Virus record (IMG/VR): IMGVR_UViG_3300030376_003496 | DNA: 64,000 bases | Source of the DNA: an uncultured virus (IMG/VR IMGVR_UViG_3300030376_003496) | Taxonomy: Duplodnaviria; Heunggongvirae; Uroviricota; Caudoviricetes | Reading direction: 5' to 3' (one strand) | Shown: one piece after another, positions 46,401-52,056 of the stretch | How positions within the stretch are numbered: position 1 is the first letter of the stretch | Layout of the letters: each line of letters starts with the position of its first letter | Position numbers and translations under genes: made by a program | The notes under the pieces: model-generated | Seen by the model: the letters and a program-made list of their open reading frames with translations, nothing else | Databases searched by the model: none | Told to the model about the DNA's origin: nothing

Positions 46401-48553
46401 CAACTTTAGATCTTCAGGTTACAACGGCTGCTGAGTTTGTAGCTAATCGTTACATGAGTAATATTGGTTCTTCTAGTTATTCGTTTGCTGGAGATGCTTT
46501 CTTATCTCCTAGACAGCTTTGGGAAGACCCTCGTATTTCTAAATTCTTAGAAGATGATCCTGTTGCTCTTTTAGATTCTGTTAAAAGAGGTACGGCTGCT
46601 CAAGCATTTGACAGAGCTACTTACAGTAACTACTTTGGTATTAAAGGTTTTGGAATGAAAGATCTTATTGAAATGTACAAAAAAGTAGGTAACGGTAAAA
46701 ACACCCATCACGAAATGCAGATGTTGTTTATGTCAAAAGATATGGAATTAGATCAAACTCGATATAACTTAACTAGTGACGAACGAAAGAAATTTAAAGC
46801 CGGTGTCGATCATATTGATCTTATGTATAAATACTCAATTGGTACACTATCTTCAATTGATAATAAATACGGTGCTCCTTTCTTAAATATCTTAAATACA
46901 ATTAGTGAATTAGGTACGGCTTTATCTATTGCTCCTCGCCTTGCTATTGCTACGGCTATTGAAGAAACTCCAATGAGTATCGGAAGTGTTTTAAAAGATA
47001 ATCTTTTAGGGGCAAAAAAAGAACTGCAAGATGTTCTTTCTATCGCTAAAAGTACTAAAGATATTGAAGCTACTCTTCAAGGCTTAGGGCACGTTACTTC
47101 TTCTGTTATGCATAAGGCTGCTGCTTTAGCTGCTAAACTTGGCGATGATGGTACAGGGTCATACGGAGCTACGGATAAGAAAAAGATTAAGGCACTTTAT
47201 AAGTTCCTGTCTATGGGTATGGACAAACAGGTCATGGCTGCTCGTAGTCTGGGTGCTATGCAGTATATTCATAGAGTTGATAAATTGTTTTCAAATATTG
47301 CTGGTGATCTGGGAACCGCTAAGGATAAAGACGGTCTTGAGGTGGGTATTACTCGTCAAGGTGCCGGAGGATTCCATGTTACAGCAGATGAGTTATACTT
47401 ACAACTTCAAAATAGATACGATAACGATTTTTCTAATATCACGAAAAAGAATTTCCGAGAGTTTACACGTGAATTAAACATAGATGAAGAATTATCCAGA
47501 GATGTAATGGAAATGATTAAAGCTGGTTTATTCGAGGCAGATAAATATAAATACGTCCGAAACTTATGGATTGAACACAGGCAAGATATTCTTCGTACTG
47601 GTATTCCTTTTGATGATTTACGTACAAAAATTACTTTTGATTTTGAAAGAAAAACTCAAGAAGGGATTGATGCTGAAGGAATTAGAGCAAGAAAGCTACA
47701 GGCACTAAACGGATTAAGAGAACTTGTCTTTGTGGCTTCTACTAAGTTTGCTAAACAGCCTTCGTTAAGTACTCAACCGCTTGGTGCAAGACACGCGGGT
47801 GCCCTTGCTACGTTCTTTACTCGCCTTACAACCTACGCCTCCTCCTCTGCTAATACACTTAGAAGAGCTATGTTTGCTGGTCCTTCGGCCTTTGCTGCCG
47901 CTTTTTCTGCTCACATGATTACGGGGTGGTTATACTATAAGCTTATTCAGCTTCAGGGTTTCCGTACTATCGAAGAAATGAAGAGAGAATTACAGAAAGA
48001 CCCAATGGGTGAATTATCAGATGCAGCAATGTCTGTTCCTTTCATGGGGGCTAACCAAATGGTCTTAAGTATGCTCATTCAGATGATGAGAGGAGAACGC
48101 CCTGTTAACTCCAAGCCTTACGATATCGCTGCTTTAAATGCTGCAAACAACCTCTTGCAGTTGCCTGTAAGAGTTACTCAATCGGTTGGGGATATTATTT
48201 CGGGGGATGTCTCAAAGGGTTCAGCTAATATTGCACAACGTCTTCCTGTACCTCACGCATGGGCTTTAGCTATTGCATTACGAAATGCGGGTATGTTCGA
48301 GAAAGACATCCAAATTGGTAGACTCAGCCCCAATTATAGGGGACAAGTCACACCTAGATCGTTTACTCAGGGCCGTCCTTCTAATAGACAATTACCCAAT
48401 AAAGAAGCACTGGAACAACAAACAGTTGATCTTAAATCACAATATGTCCCGCAACATATGGATGAAAAGACAGGTAAAACTGTACCATCTTCGGCTGAGT
48501 CTGATAGAGTAAATCGATTATTAGAAGAATTAAGAAAGAGAGACATAAATTAA
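34409..48553 (+). CDS. Giant internal virion protein (gp16-like position, 4714 aa) with a putative single-subunit RNA polymerase domain and a zincin-like motif
   Basis: Gly-rich hydrophobic segments near the N-terminus; TIHDA, DSEGR, MDADSSG and KAILKGPVMTDSYG motifs at 39662-40510; EEIGH at 44561; no Cys seen. Confidence 0.7.
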   Translation: MSNFSANSDWFKNYVNSIEVEEFNKNRPKLTYKKFEENQTLSTYIAEERFLNTLEKSTDLVPEYDYMDRLKDKQENLLGLYRMNFSEIEERDAKRQAEREKYAALITDEEKELHDITEGNKVAKIKEGMKNNVPLWQLMNPDDFVTKEAGEAQVRLYDTTDGYSMSQYTTFTTADTYKSWFGTTKRVRMGAAQRLQLDTSTADVFRKIAQAAGIQFNFEGEVIKGSNLTIKQYIDEHIGENPDQYWFWENIKDIFVDTGIDGRLGPWNSTMLSEKLLALKDDNWMGEGGDRDKLIAILSMDESEIGPTGAVQGEVRQFLAENPQILEDLKGSQNGWQFISALNARKSERVIGNYLTENNGDYGSAGFLNLLGYGFTTDPALALDVAATVGLTAVTGGGYLGARVGAGVLQVGTKMKFAVNALDHSKKLRHFNKMVDLAKKDNVLRRYSVGSKLAKGLSRTGEGIMFTRRLLPTQIVSELFFPSVKFLWHGRAMKKGDDAVDAGKSWWKYLKDENYLGDNVGHRMLHRALGGAMEGVVWGSIEYGVMEDYQDRTNSLIFGNEASAALALDRDRSGAFGHMLMFGVAFGGLGGPLIGEAFTQLGRIPKGLIKGGMGLNQWADQLLSPGGQEAMGYTKTPWAKRFAAKVVKGTGVAAQWLGGGNQYTIEQHYLMYKALSMLSDVEIEAIKADESGRAMTKTLQSIQDRISKWHFVAEEGGLDLKKSFENAEAEFMRLDPSERTARAFTDLVENDIAAQEHVFREGEGFRDRVSHEMRREHDARMRASSDFDLMQEAMAKADPSKPPAGSDGVTFSKEAEEIEAKRVETARQNTEARAEQARREAGEDLEEPVATPDDIKGDLADEMALRDADTIAAKQQAIEDAKKLQKEAEQRIAEMEGGSKQEKKANYPEEYPAAKKQIRDAKNAKKKAEEFLEKAEKAKEIPLETVEEELKAKLEEAKNDVRNISDEELADRITDFELTLGQLRSELNSEAMLYWQQNPTKFVEMVGWFRKTVLNERMRGDTPNANNLPPMITGIKELEPGQWTHMVELFAPGVYFSRDELLRIIPNIKNKVDREFLEAALVWNQNSRNDIDLDQAGALKLAKEMEEILLDHGASKDYTLEEMHFMNRIINNPNEETILKAFKETRIDTYVNSIMIDAAKRNKTVSVKDLLIYNQDPELVTETFAKARLELGELMAQVKEGNYESILKSQGKHVLNSLGEGVQGFKKSKTNQWKAEFLADHFENSPEFTNSLREMLDVFDDVEGQVKTPKQLTLVKNKVQDLLEKVANDNKRKLQLAEIRRLKKENNYSELRTEMQDAYASWDKAAKEGTNSAKINKLRSEFIKKKNAVKRLNEGFKKSVEANWESIKQKWVDMQGKRLDIETRPDYAHTRPLIKIVSMLNGHLLATSKWWHDPVTGFHVDSTISRKDLISILESAEEGYGFIANLDDIAIGSKNGSGYDGDKVVQALIERIKTSNETLGEILRQGFEKNRDIHFGKKLPYAKDVYGSGGDLRNLMESLKGQQAGKQAYAREKGQNGEYSGNRLEGNLTRDAWVQAFNGDLLNGISFMLKGDGPRSQRIKAAVDSLRGQERVDRLLDLVNEFIPEGQEKLRDFSQLGGGTDAVDWVGPKRAANAVLSALSSDRPYANKVAEAEVILGQKGPAVARRLGAINEDGIFIQHDSDPVIQRNFERASADQAMNWLLGKLDDPELDAAGRKDIYDKLEAWLQDFPEQAFLNEAVRSALPRQGLSFVPRWMVAGPDLDIIGKNFGEGIAGQIKYQQAMNAAVTPALMATIHDAIFVGLPTMMTKFNNEAAASPNWNYKDSEGRHVLRGIGFGFQTMIARQGTFEDAINLSHELIYGYTGLVDNARKAYNKMSRQKIENLTEQQFKDNDEFMGWMVQEFPKLNDENKKAIVREIFPAVASSYMDADSSGSNIMLAIVMGQKADFGSLWEKIKGSAPELEQGAFNEAHSTAVNNAYKHVENYIVQRINDGNFEGKVGLEEVYADLKGLFEFAQAEGATKAILKGPVMTDSYGVGVKSMAKQIRDSLGAEEIREKLIRANKGFTTENYDVKIHALSDSLATLLSKGIDDNLGGWIKRSLFEQKITNKKLGGILSDWRNTNSGAKVRTAGDKESLSVSNARMDSIQGVAETNAGYKAGNREETLDFDDMFTEVRERVETLAEIMGDANEAKEWVSGIVNLMVDDLKGNKNIQKLIDEGKYAEAQEAIDIQFNTLANENITVKALNSYMAQGIGYDEAGFKSQIRGIIPDADADKLDAILGNLNPITRQAIKGQMFRQLAISAETRNFVSSNFDLIADKILRLEAEESPLGLAKLIMEPLGEEDIRQRTILQAMKEISEIYDLEKLGLKVGGEEFKNLTWDQYFKQWEKDSDMGQELRLKAIESLQNINWKAMLNEIDEKMANDPSDEKVMSLEMRKEAIEQTLKMLTRIIDATNEARPTDSAKQMEIVSGSKNVINTGNMPGLFGALPQTTTRRFEGAPIPILRMAQLEQTAEVRKLRSLERGAQTQDSSKPLFTERELARRLTPDDLIGVEKYRGSMYDVPLSSKPIYSLQDAPTPAIAAELLQAELTNFANQVGGKALTYLKEGNFYMLYNLQRHFTAEQEAMKAETIYRDIGQALAEKRTSILKDSEITDELTENMILNRNEDYVNLKLELAKAQDNALMVRNEVLSIDGSWAIDVDERVWSVQSMNGESLETVSSGRTYSEAINKTAMDNPRSGNLIAWLAPPAKSPGEVISEFGNKGGIRYADGSNVAMLPKGAHSTDASGPLYMGNQIQVTGWHNALHKILGLADDVSPTSNEITVFRRWADAKARADVDEMNKLKRQYPNYIKDYEDMTSVQLDASLGEGQSKAKKDFRDANKALFYMSKPVIKAQVIENLKAQFGEDFEAKLRERSDLTLEELMTFERKITDEDTIIFVNPLGVVISPHKVVGQAVINLTMQERVLSLNGIQNQTVVDRMRLATMLDRKLPINSEISSRMGGYDPFTKFDGMTIDRARRNTAILTDALEDLQSRSTTHKLSVAVDRRHVIRRGTLSESPMRFIKFSDAINEQGAKEARMILAENTLEVLPLRKTTIDQLYVLKNTTFNKYNEADWANGIQIALMTGKESAWAVFKERVIAEERLNKTKDLDPEDFEKELNERWDKVKDIVNILRDELNVLNKDEGLVGKFISDRNDIFFGSKASDSENHATFISLYSQKLSIERAAQIEVMNRTLIPDNKSFDRTVQFVKPIDDLNGIAARSDGTQMKPNTIDARLRDYPADDGHLMLSYRLDTFVDQGVLNRDQASVLKLAFWDYDTEALNRIFDPMSSGTPIRFSVTESVNYLGKYEQVNKTFTDGVVHRIDLLKNLSSRFKEEGSLGPAAVVLEEIGHALGHRLNTEDQINFIERVRKIEIAEIEEAEKLIYGKATDSEQYKKRLQQLKEDRARMEGDIPENAARRTELFGAMFAISGLHKAKNQWDFISKGLETQEALTDAHATISNLNKLATVAGIEDINSKSLFADVEATLKSAINLEMRMNKRNKPTDDNREVGDDTGPLMVDDITSSLKENEDARRAQLDNEVDEIIEQITDPNTNEIDLNLLHENGTSSITLKDQVIMRAMETNVKRSTMGRRIETPFSDFVAAIAFGKLTNNQIARYNDMLSSPFGMRNMAFAVDGEVPLAAPILHLFNAADSQSYFTSGAFEDAMPTIQALGLYLRGEFEKIIPALAILKGENATQGPLGPSGGETTPWSLFSSLWREMIMDYETPEKAKAIVKQKLASMQGNDDSFKRFINSNKSDEFVDILVQTADSWANPNEGLWPHIVDSMVTAGMVRPEKRDDLVAKAAYPIKFKDSIFQNAVDVDGDTPRRELRRAIVEIVRDKMNNSEDVDVDILQIALADYFPVPSKRREVDVSTWSNRLPMEVRSLLESDEIKGNVNVLLNKIRRGDIKMKDLGTETKRLYDETLIDESLLGKDNPNKQAMLLELSEEFRNKLAKSQQTSTLDLQVTTAAEFVANRYMSNIGSSSYSFAGDAFLSPRQLWEDPRISKFLEDDPVALLDSVKRGTAAQAFDRATYSNYFGIKGFGMKDLIEMYKKVGNGKNTHHEMQMLFMSKDMELDQTRYNLTSDERKKFKAGVDHIDLMYKYSIGTLSSIDNKYGAPFLNILNTISELGTALSIAPRLAIATAIEETPMSIGSVLKDNLLGAKKELQDVLSIAKSTKDIEATLQGLGHVTSSVMHKAAALAAKLGDDGTGSYGATDKKKIKALYKFLSMGMDKQVMAARSLGAMQYIHRVDKLFSNIAGDLGTAKDKDGLEVGITRQGAGGFHVTADELYLQLQNRYDNDFSNITKKNFREFTRELNIDEELSRDVMEMIKAGLFEADKYKYVRNLWIEHRQDILRTGIPFDDLRTKITFDFERKTQEGIDAEGIRARKLQALNGLRELVFVASTKFAKQPSLSTQPLGARHAGALATFFTRLTTYASSSANTLRRAMFAGPSAFAAAFSAHMITGWLYYKLIQLQGFRTIEEMKRELQKDPMGELSDAAMSVPFMGANQMVLSMLIQMMRGERPVNSKPYDIAALNAANNLLQLPVRVTQSVGDIISGDVSKGSANIAQRLPVPHAWALAIALRNAGMFEKDIQIGRLSPNYRGQVTPRSFTQGRPSNRQLPNKEALEQQTVDLKSQYVPQHMDEKTGKTVPSSAESDRVNRLLEELRKRDIN

Positions 48554-48610
48554 AAACCCAGTGTATTGTAACTAAAGGTTACTCACTACATATTTTATTT
48601 GTTATTTTAT

Positions 48611-48633
48611 AATTAGGGATCACTATAGATAAC
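48611..48633 (+). promoter_or_regulatory. Candidate phage RNAP promoter
   Basis: AATTAGGGATCACTATAGATAAC resembles K11 (AATTAGGGCACACTATAG) and SP6 (ATTTAGGTGACACTATAG) promoters; intergenic. Confidence 0.5.
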
Positions 48634-48646
48634 CGGGGGGATTACT

Positions 48647-48853
48647 ATGGAAGAGATCATTATTACTGTTGCAATCAGCATCGCTGGACCCGCTCTGTTG
48701 GGTATCTTCGGGCTGATCTGGAGGTTATCTGCCAAGGTAAGCCTCCATGAAAAAATGATTGAAGCACATGACAGGCGTATCAGGGATAACCTGAGCCGCC
48801 TTCAGAAACTAGACGATAAACAATACTCTATTGTTAAAAACATAAAAATGTAA
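48647..48853 (+). CDS. Small single-TM plus coiled-coil protein
   Basis: Hydrophobic N-terminus then HDRRIRD; same architecture as 23500-23673. Confidence 0.65.
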   Translation: MEEIIITVAISIAGPALLGIFGLIWRLSAKVSLHEKMIEAHDRRIRDNLSRLQKLDDKQYSIVKNIKM

Positions 48854-48890
48854 TTTTACTGGCCCCTTGGGCCGCTGTCAGGAGTCTACC

Positions 48891-49427
48891 GTGATTAAGT
48901 ACCTTGTTCTGGCTACGCTTCCGTTGTTACCTATGGATGATACCGATAACGATAATTCAATAATGGACTATCAAATCTATCAGAATGGTCCTCGTACTGT
49001 GTACGAAGGGGCTGCTAAACTCAAGTGGGACGAAAACGTAAATGCTTGTGTTACCTACACTTTCGATCTCGTACCGGGGCGGTTGGCGGGATCTGCGATC
49101 TCTTCCGATCCGGGTCAACCGATGCTTCCTTTCGATGAGGTCTTGATCTTTGATGATGAGATCTACGTTAGCTGGGAGCGGAACCGCACTGACTTATGGC
49201 CTACTCCTACGGAGTGCCATCGGAGATTCCACTTTTTTATTATTAAAACAGAATTTAATGCTGATGACCTCAGTGAACTCTTAAGTGACTGGGGTCCACC
49301 TTATGTGGTTGACGTTCCGTGGCCTGAGGAGGATTACACCTACCTCTCGCCTTGGGATCTTAATCTGGATACTGTGGTGGACGGGAAAGACTTAGCGATT
49401 CTTCTGGCGGGGTGGAAAATCGATTAG
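48891..49427 (+). CDS. Secreted-type protein with a Phycisphaerae-like dockerin/EF-hand C-terminus
   Basis: AGGAG SD, GTG start, signal-like MIKYLVLATLPLL; NADDLSELLSDWG and WDLNLDTVVDGKDLAILLAGW. Confidence 0.7.
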   Translation: MIKYLVLATLPLLPMDDTDNDNSIMDYQIYQNGPRTVYEGAAKLKWDENVNACVTYTFDLVPGRLAGSAISSDPGQPMLPFDEVLIFDDEIYVSWERNRTDLWPTPTECHRRFHFFIIKTEFNADDLSELLSDWGPPYVVDVPWPEEDYTYLSPWDLNLDTVVDGKDLAILLAGWKID

Positions 49428-49494
49428 GGGGTCAGGAATTTACAGAGGGGTAAATATAAACAACTGTGTTCAGTTTCCCCCCTTACCCCCTAAT
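49423..49494. repeat. 14-bp imperfect inverted repeat at the late/early boundary
   Basis: ATTAGGGGGTCAGG (49423-49436) versus CCTTACCCCCTAAT (49481-49494); 13 of 14 complementary. Confidence 0.6.
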
Positions 49495-49511
49495 TCTTGG
49501 AGTTTTTAGTT

Positions 49512-49736
49512 ATGCTAAATCTTTATTCCGTTCGATATGATGTGAACGATGGTTCGTATCACTTTGAATACGGTGCTATGGCTGTTGTTGCCGCTTACGA
49601 TGTCCGAGACGCTGAGTGCGTCATCGAAGAGGCATGCGATAATCTGCATCCCTCGCGCCTGACAATCAAGACAACACTCATTGGCACCCCGAAGTCTGGT
49701 ACTGAACGCGGTCTTGTTGATTGCTTCATTACCTGA
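49512..49736 (+). CDS. Early hypothetical protein
   Basis: GGAG SD then ATG 49512. Confidence 0.6.
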   Translation: MLNLYSVRYDVNDGSYHFEYGAMAVVAAYDVRDAECVIEEACDNLHPSRLTIKTTLIGTPKSGTERGLVDCFIT

Positions 49737-49766
49737 CCTCACCCTGTTCTTTGAAAGGAACACACC

Positions 49767-50108
49767 ATGTTCGTTGAAATGAAACCCTGCAAGGATCGGA
49801 TCGCCTTCACTCTCCGCCACAAGGAAGAGAGTGCATCCGGTTTTCTGCTCGAACTCCTCGACCTCGCCATTGCGAAGCACGAGGAGAACGTTGAATTCCA
49901 GTGTGAATTCGGTCACCACTTCGCCAACAGCGAAGAAGACTGGGCCTCCCTGCGTGCGAAGCAGGCGGAGCTGATTGAGTGCCGCAATGCACTCAAGGCT
50001 CTGCCGCTGCGGTGCTCGGAGTGCGAAGGCAAGGGTTGGTTCTATGCGTGCGACGAAGAGGGTGTCAAAGCTCGCTGCGGCTGCACCTACCATCCCGAAC
50101 TCGACTGA
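49767..50108 (+). CDS. Early protein with a C-terminal Cys cluster (CxxCxGxG...CxC)
   Basis: GAAAGGA SD; CSECEGKG...RCGC. Confidence 0.7.
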   Translation: MFVEMKPCKDRIAFTLRHKEESASGFLLELLDLAIAKHEENVEFQCEFGHHFANSEEDWASLRAKQAELIECRNALKALPLRCSECEGKGWFYACDEEGVKARCGCTYHPELD

Positions 50109-50175
50109 GCGAGTATAAACAGCCGTCAGGCTCAGTGCGTCGGGCTGCACCCTTAACGGGTGCGGCTCGGGTCGG
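50099..50175 (+). ncRNA. Pistol self-cleaving ribozyme (copy 1)
   Basis: P1 ACUCG/CGAGU; loop ACUGAG pairs with CUCAGU (pseudoknot); AUAAAC-AG linker; P2 CCG/CGG; GCG junction; 13-bp P3; G50171-U50172 cleavage site. Confidence 0.9.
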
Positions 50176-50213
50176 ATTTTGTTTCCACTATCACTGTTCT
50201 CGAAAGGAACACA

Positions 50214-50441
50214 ATGCACAAGTTTACTGCAAATGAAATGAAGAAGTTCAGAGAAATGGCCTCTTACATCAGGTCATTGGATTCATCGGTCAGAGGCATC
50301 TCAAAAGAAGACGGGATCAACATCGTCATCGCAATGGTCAACCGTGACCGTCCGGTGGTTCGTTCCCTGAACAACGAAGGCGAAGCCCCACTTGTGCGGC
50401 TCGGCCAAGGCACTTACACCAAAGACATTCACACTTTCTAA
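50214..50441 (+). CDS. Early hypothetical protein
   Basis: GAAAGGA SD then ATG 50214. Confidence 0.65.
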   Translation: MHKFTANEMKKFREMASYIRSLDSSVRGISKEDGINIVIAMVNRDRPVVRSLNNEGEAPLVRLGQGTYTKDIHTF

Positions 50442-50465
50442 ACCGCTTCTGAAAGGAGCAACAAC

Positions 50466-50936
50466 ATGGGTGTTTCATTCATGCTCTACACGACGGATAC
50501 CGAAGGCCGTCACGAACCCGTCGAATCAGAACGATTCGAGATCCACTGGTCCTACTCCAGTTGGAACGGCTTCAGTGCTGGTGTCCTCAACGCCCTGAAG
50601 GATGCATACGTTTCGGCCACCAAGGTCCGTAACGATGCTCGTCAGGCGTGGCAAAACGAAGAGGACATGTCGGACAAGTTCTGGCTTGACAGCTTCAAGG
50701 ACGCTGCGAACCATGTCAAGCATCTCGCTGACCTCAAGACCTACTGGTCTAAGGGCGAGAACCCTGATGCGGTGGATGCGGTCTGGGAGTTCAACAAGGC
50801 CAAGATGATCGAGTGTCTCTTTGAGGCTCTGGTCACCGACTCTGCGACGATGGACCCGTTCGTCGAACGGGAGCGCATCGCGTGGGTGCTGCGCTACCTC
50901 ACGCTGAACGATGGCGATCACGTTGTGCTTGCCTAA
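50466..50936 (+). CDS. Early hypothetical protein
   Basis: GAAAGGAG SD; 156 aa; GC3-rich codons. Confidence 0.75.
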   Translation: MGVSFMLYTTDTEGRHEPVESERFEIHWSYSSWNGFSAGVLNALKDAYVSATKVRNDARQAWQNEEDMSDKFWLDSFKDAANHVKHLADLKTYWSKGENPDAVDAVWEFNKAKMIECLFEALVTDSATMDPFVERERIAWVLRYLTLNDGDHVVLA

Positions 50937-50942
50937 ACCCAC

Positions 50943-51021
50943 ACTCGTCTGAGCGAGTATAAATAGACGTTAGGCTCAGAGCGGCAGGCCGCACCCTTGA
51001 CCGGGTGTTGGTCTGCGTCGT
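50943..51021 (+). ncRNA. Pistol self-cleaving ribozyme (copy 2)
   Basis: P1 ACUCG/CGAGU; loop UCUGAG pairs with CUCAGA; AUAAAU-AG linker; P2 ACG/CGU; GCG junction; long P3; G51017-U51018 site; compensatory changes relative to copy 1. Confidence 0.9.
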
Positions 51022-51036
51022 GAAAGGAGATCAAGG

Positions 51037-51210
51037 ATGATCTCAGCTAAGGAAGGCACTTTCGATTCTCTGATGTTTAACCCTGACGGTCGTACTGTCG
51101 GCCACCCTCTTGTGAGGGATGCTGACGTACAACCACGTTCCATCCCTGTGGGTAGTTTCCCCGCAGGGAGTTTCCACTATCATGCTCTTGAAAGGAGCAA
51201 CAATGCCTAA
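51037..51210 (+). CDS. Possible 57-aa early protein (not in ORF track)
   Basis: AAAGGAG SD then ATG 51037 just downstream of the ribozyme; MISAKEGTFDSLMFNPDG...*. Confidence 0.4.
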   Translation: MISAKEGTFDSLMFNPDGRTVGHPLVRDADVQPRSIPVGSFPAGSFHYHALERSNNA

Positions 51211-51742
51211 CGTTATTGCAAATCAGTTCGTCATCGATCACCACCGACTCATCTACATGCGCGGTAGGGGCGATGGCTATGGTTTCTCCATCAACACCGT
51301 CACTGGTAAGCTGGAGTCTGCCTGCGTTCTTCCTCCCAAGAAAGTCGAAGAGATCTGTGCATACTGGGACGATGCTCGTACTCCGTCGCAACAGCAACGC
51401 TCGATCACGGCCAAGGTGACACCTCTCCGTGCTCTGCCGTACTTCATCACATGGAACACCTCCGAGATGCTCCCCAACGCGGCTCGGGCCATGTGGTACA
51501 AGAAGAACAGCCTGAAGACTCCCATCAAGTTCGTCAGTGCTTGGGTCGATGGTGGGATCGTTGTGAAGTACACTCCTGATGATGGTATGTCAGGCTCAGA
51601 GGTGCATCATGTCTTCTCTGCTGGCTACGGCGGTGTCTGGCTCCCGATGGTGTACACTCACACCTGTCCTGTCCACGATATGCTCTACCCATCCGTCGCC
51701 AAGGCGTATGAAGAGCAGATCATGGCGAACCTGAGCGACTAA
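51203..51742 (+). CDS. Early hypothetical protein
   Basis: GAAAGGAG SD then ATG 51203. Confidence 0.7.
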   Translation: MPNVIANQFVIDHHRLIYMRGRGDGYGFSINTVTGKLESACVLPPKKVEEICAYWDDARTPSQQQRSITAKVTPLRALPYFITWNTSEMLPNAARAMWYKKNSLKTPIKFVSAWVDGGIVVKYTPDDGMSGSEVHHVFSAGYGGVWLPMVYTHTCPVHDMLYPSVAKAYEEQIMANLSD

Positions 51743-51755
51743 TTCGGCCTTCAAC

Positions 51756-51816
51756 CCGAAGATCCGAAGAGTCCGAAGGCCCGAAGTCACTCAGACCGAA
51801 GACCGAAGGCCCGAAG
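51756..51816 (+). repeat. Array of seven CCGAAG hexamers
   Basis: CCGAAG at 51756, 51764, 51773, 51781, 51796, 51803 and 51811 in a non-coding gap. Confidence 0.85.
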
Positions 51817-52056
51817 ACCTGTCCTTGCGGGTAGTTCCACTATCACCGGACTCGCATAGAGGCATTCCCCGCGTGTAGTCCCCGTCAGAAGCCGTAGAAT
51901 CTCGACTGCGGTCCTCGCTTGGACTCGGGGAGTTCCACCCCATTCACTTTTACTGTCCGTTAGGCGGCCTCTCCGGCCCTCTCACGGCATTTCCGGGTAC
52001 ACCTGTTCGTATGGTGGCCCCTGCTTATTTCTCTCCGTTTCTCGAAAGGAAACAAT

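Noticed and set aside
50099..51021. The duplicated CTGAGCGAGTATAAA element as a promoter or mini-CRISPR repeat
   Set aside because: Better explained as pistol ribozymes, given the complete secondary structure and covariation.
51756..51816. CCGAAG array as a CRISPR array
   Set aside because: Units are 6 nt with 1-9-nt spacers; no cas genes.
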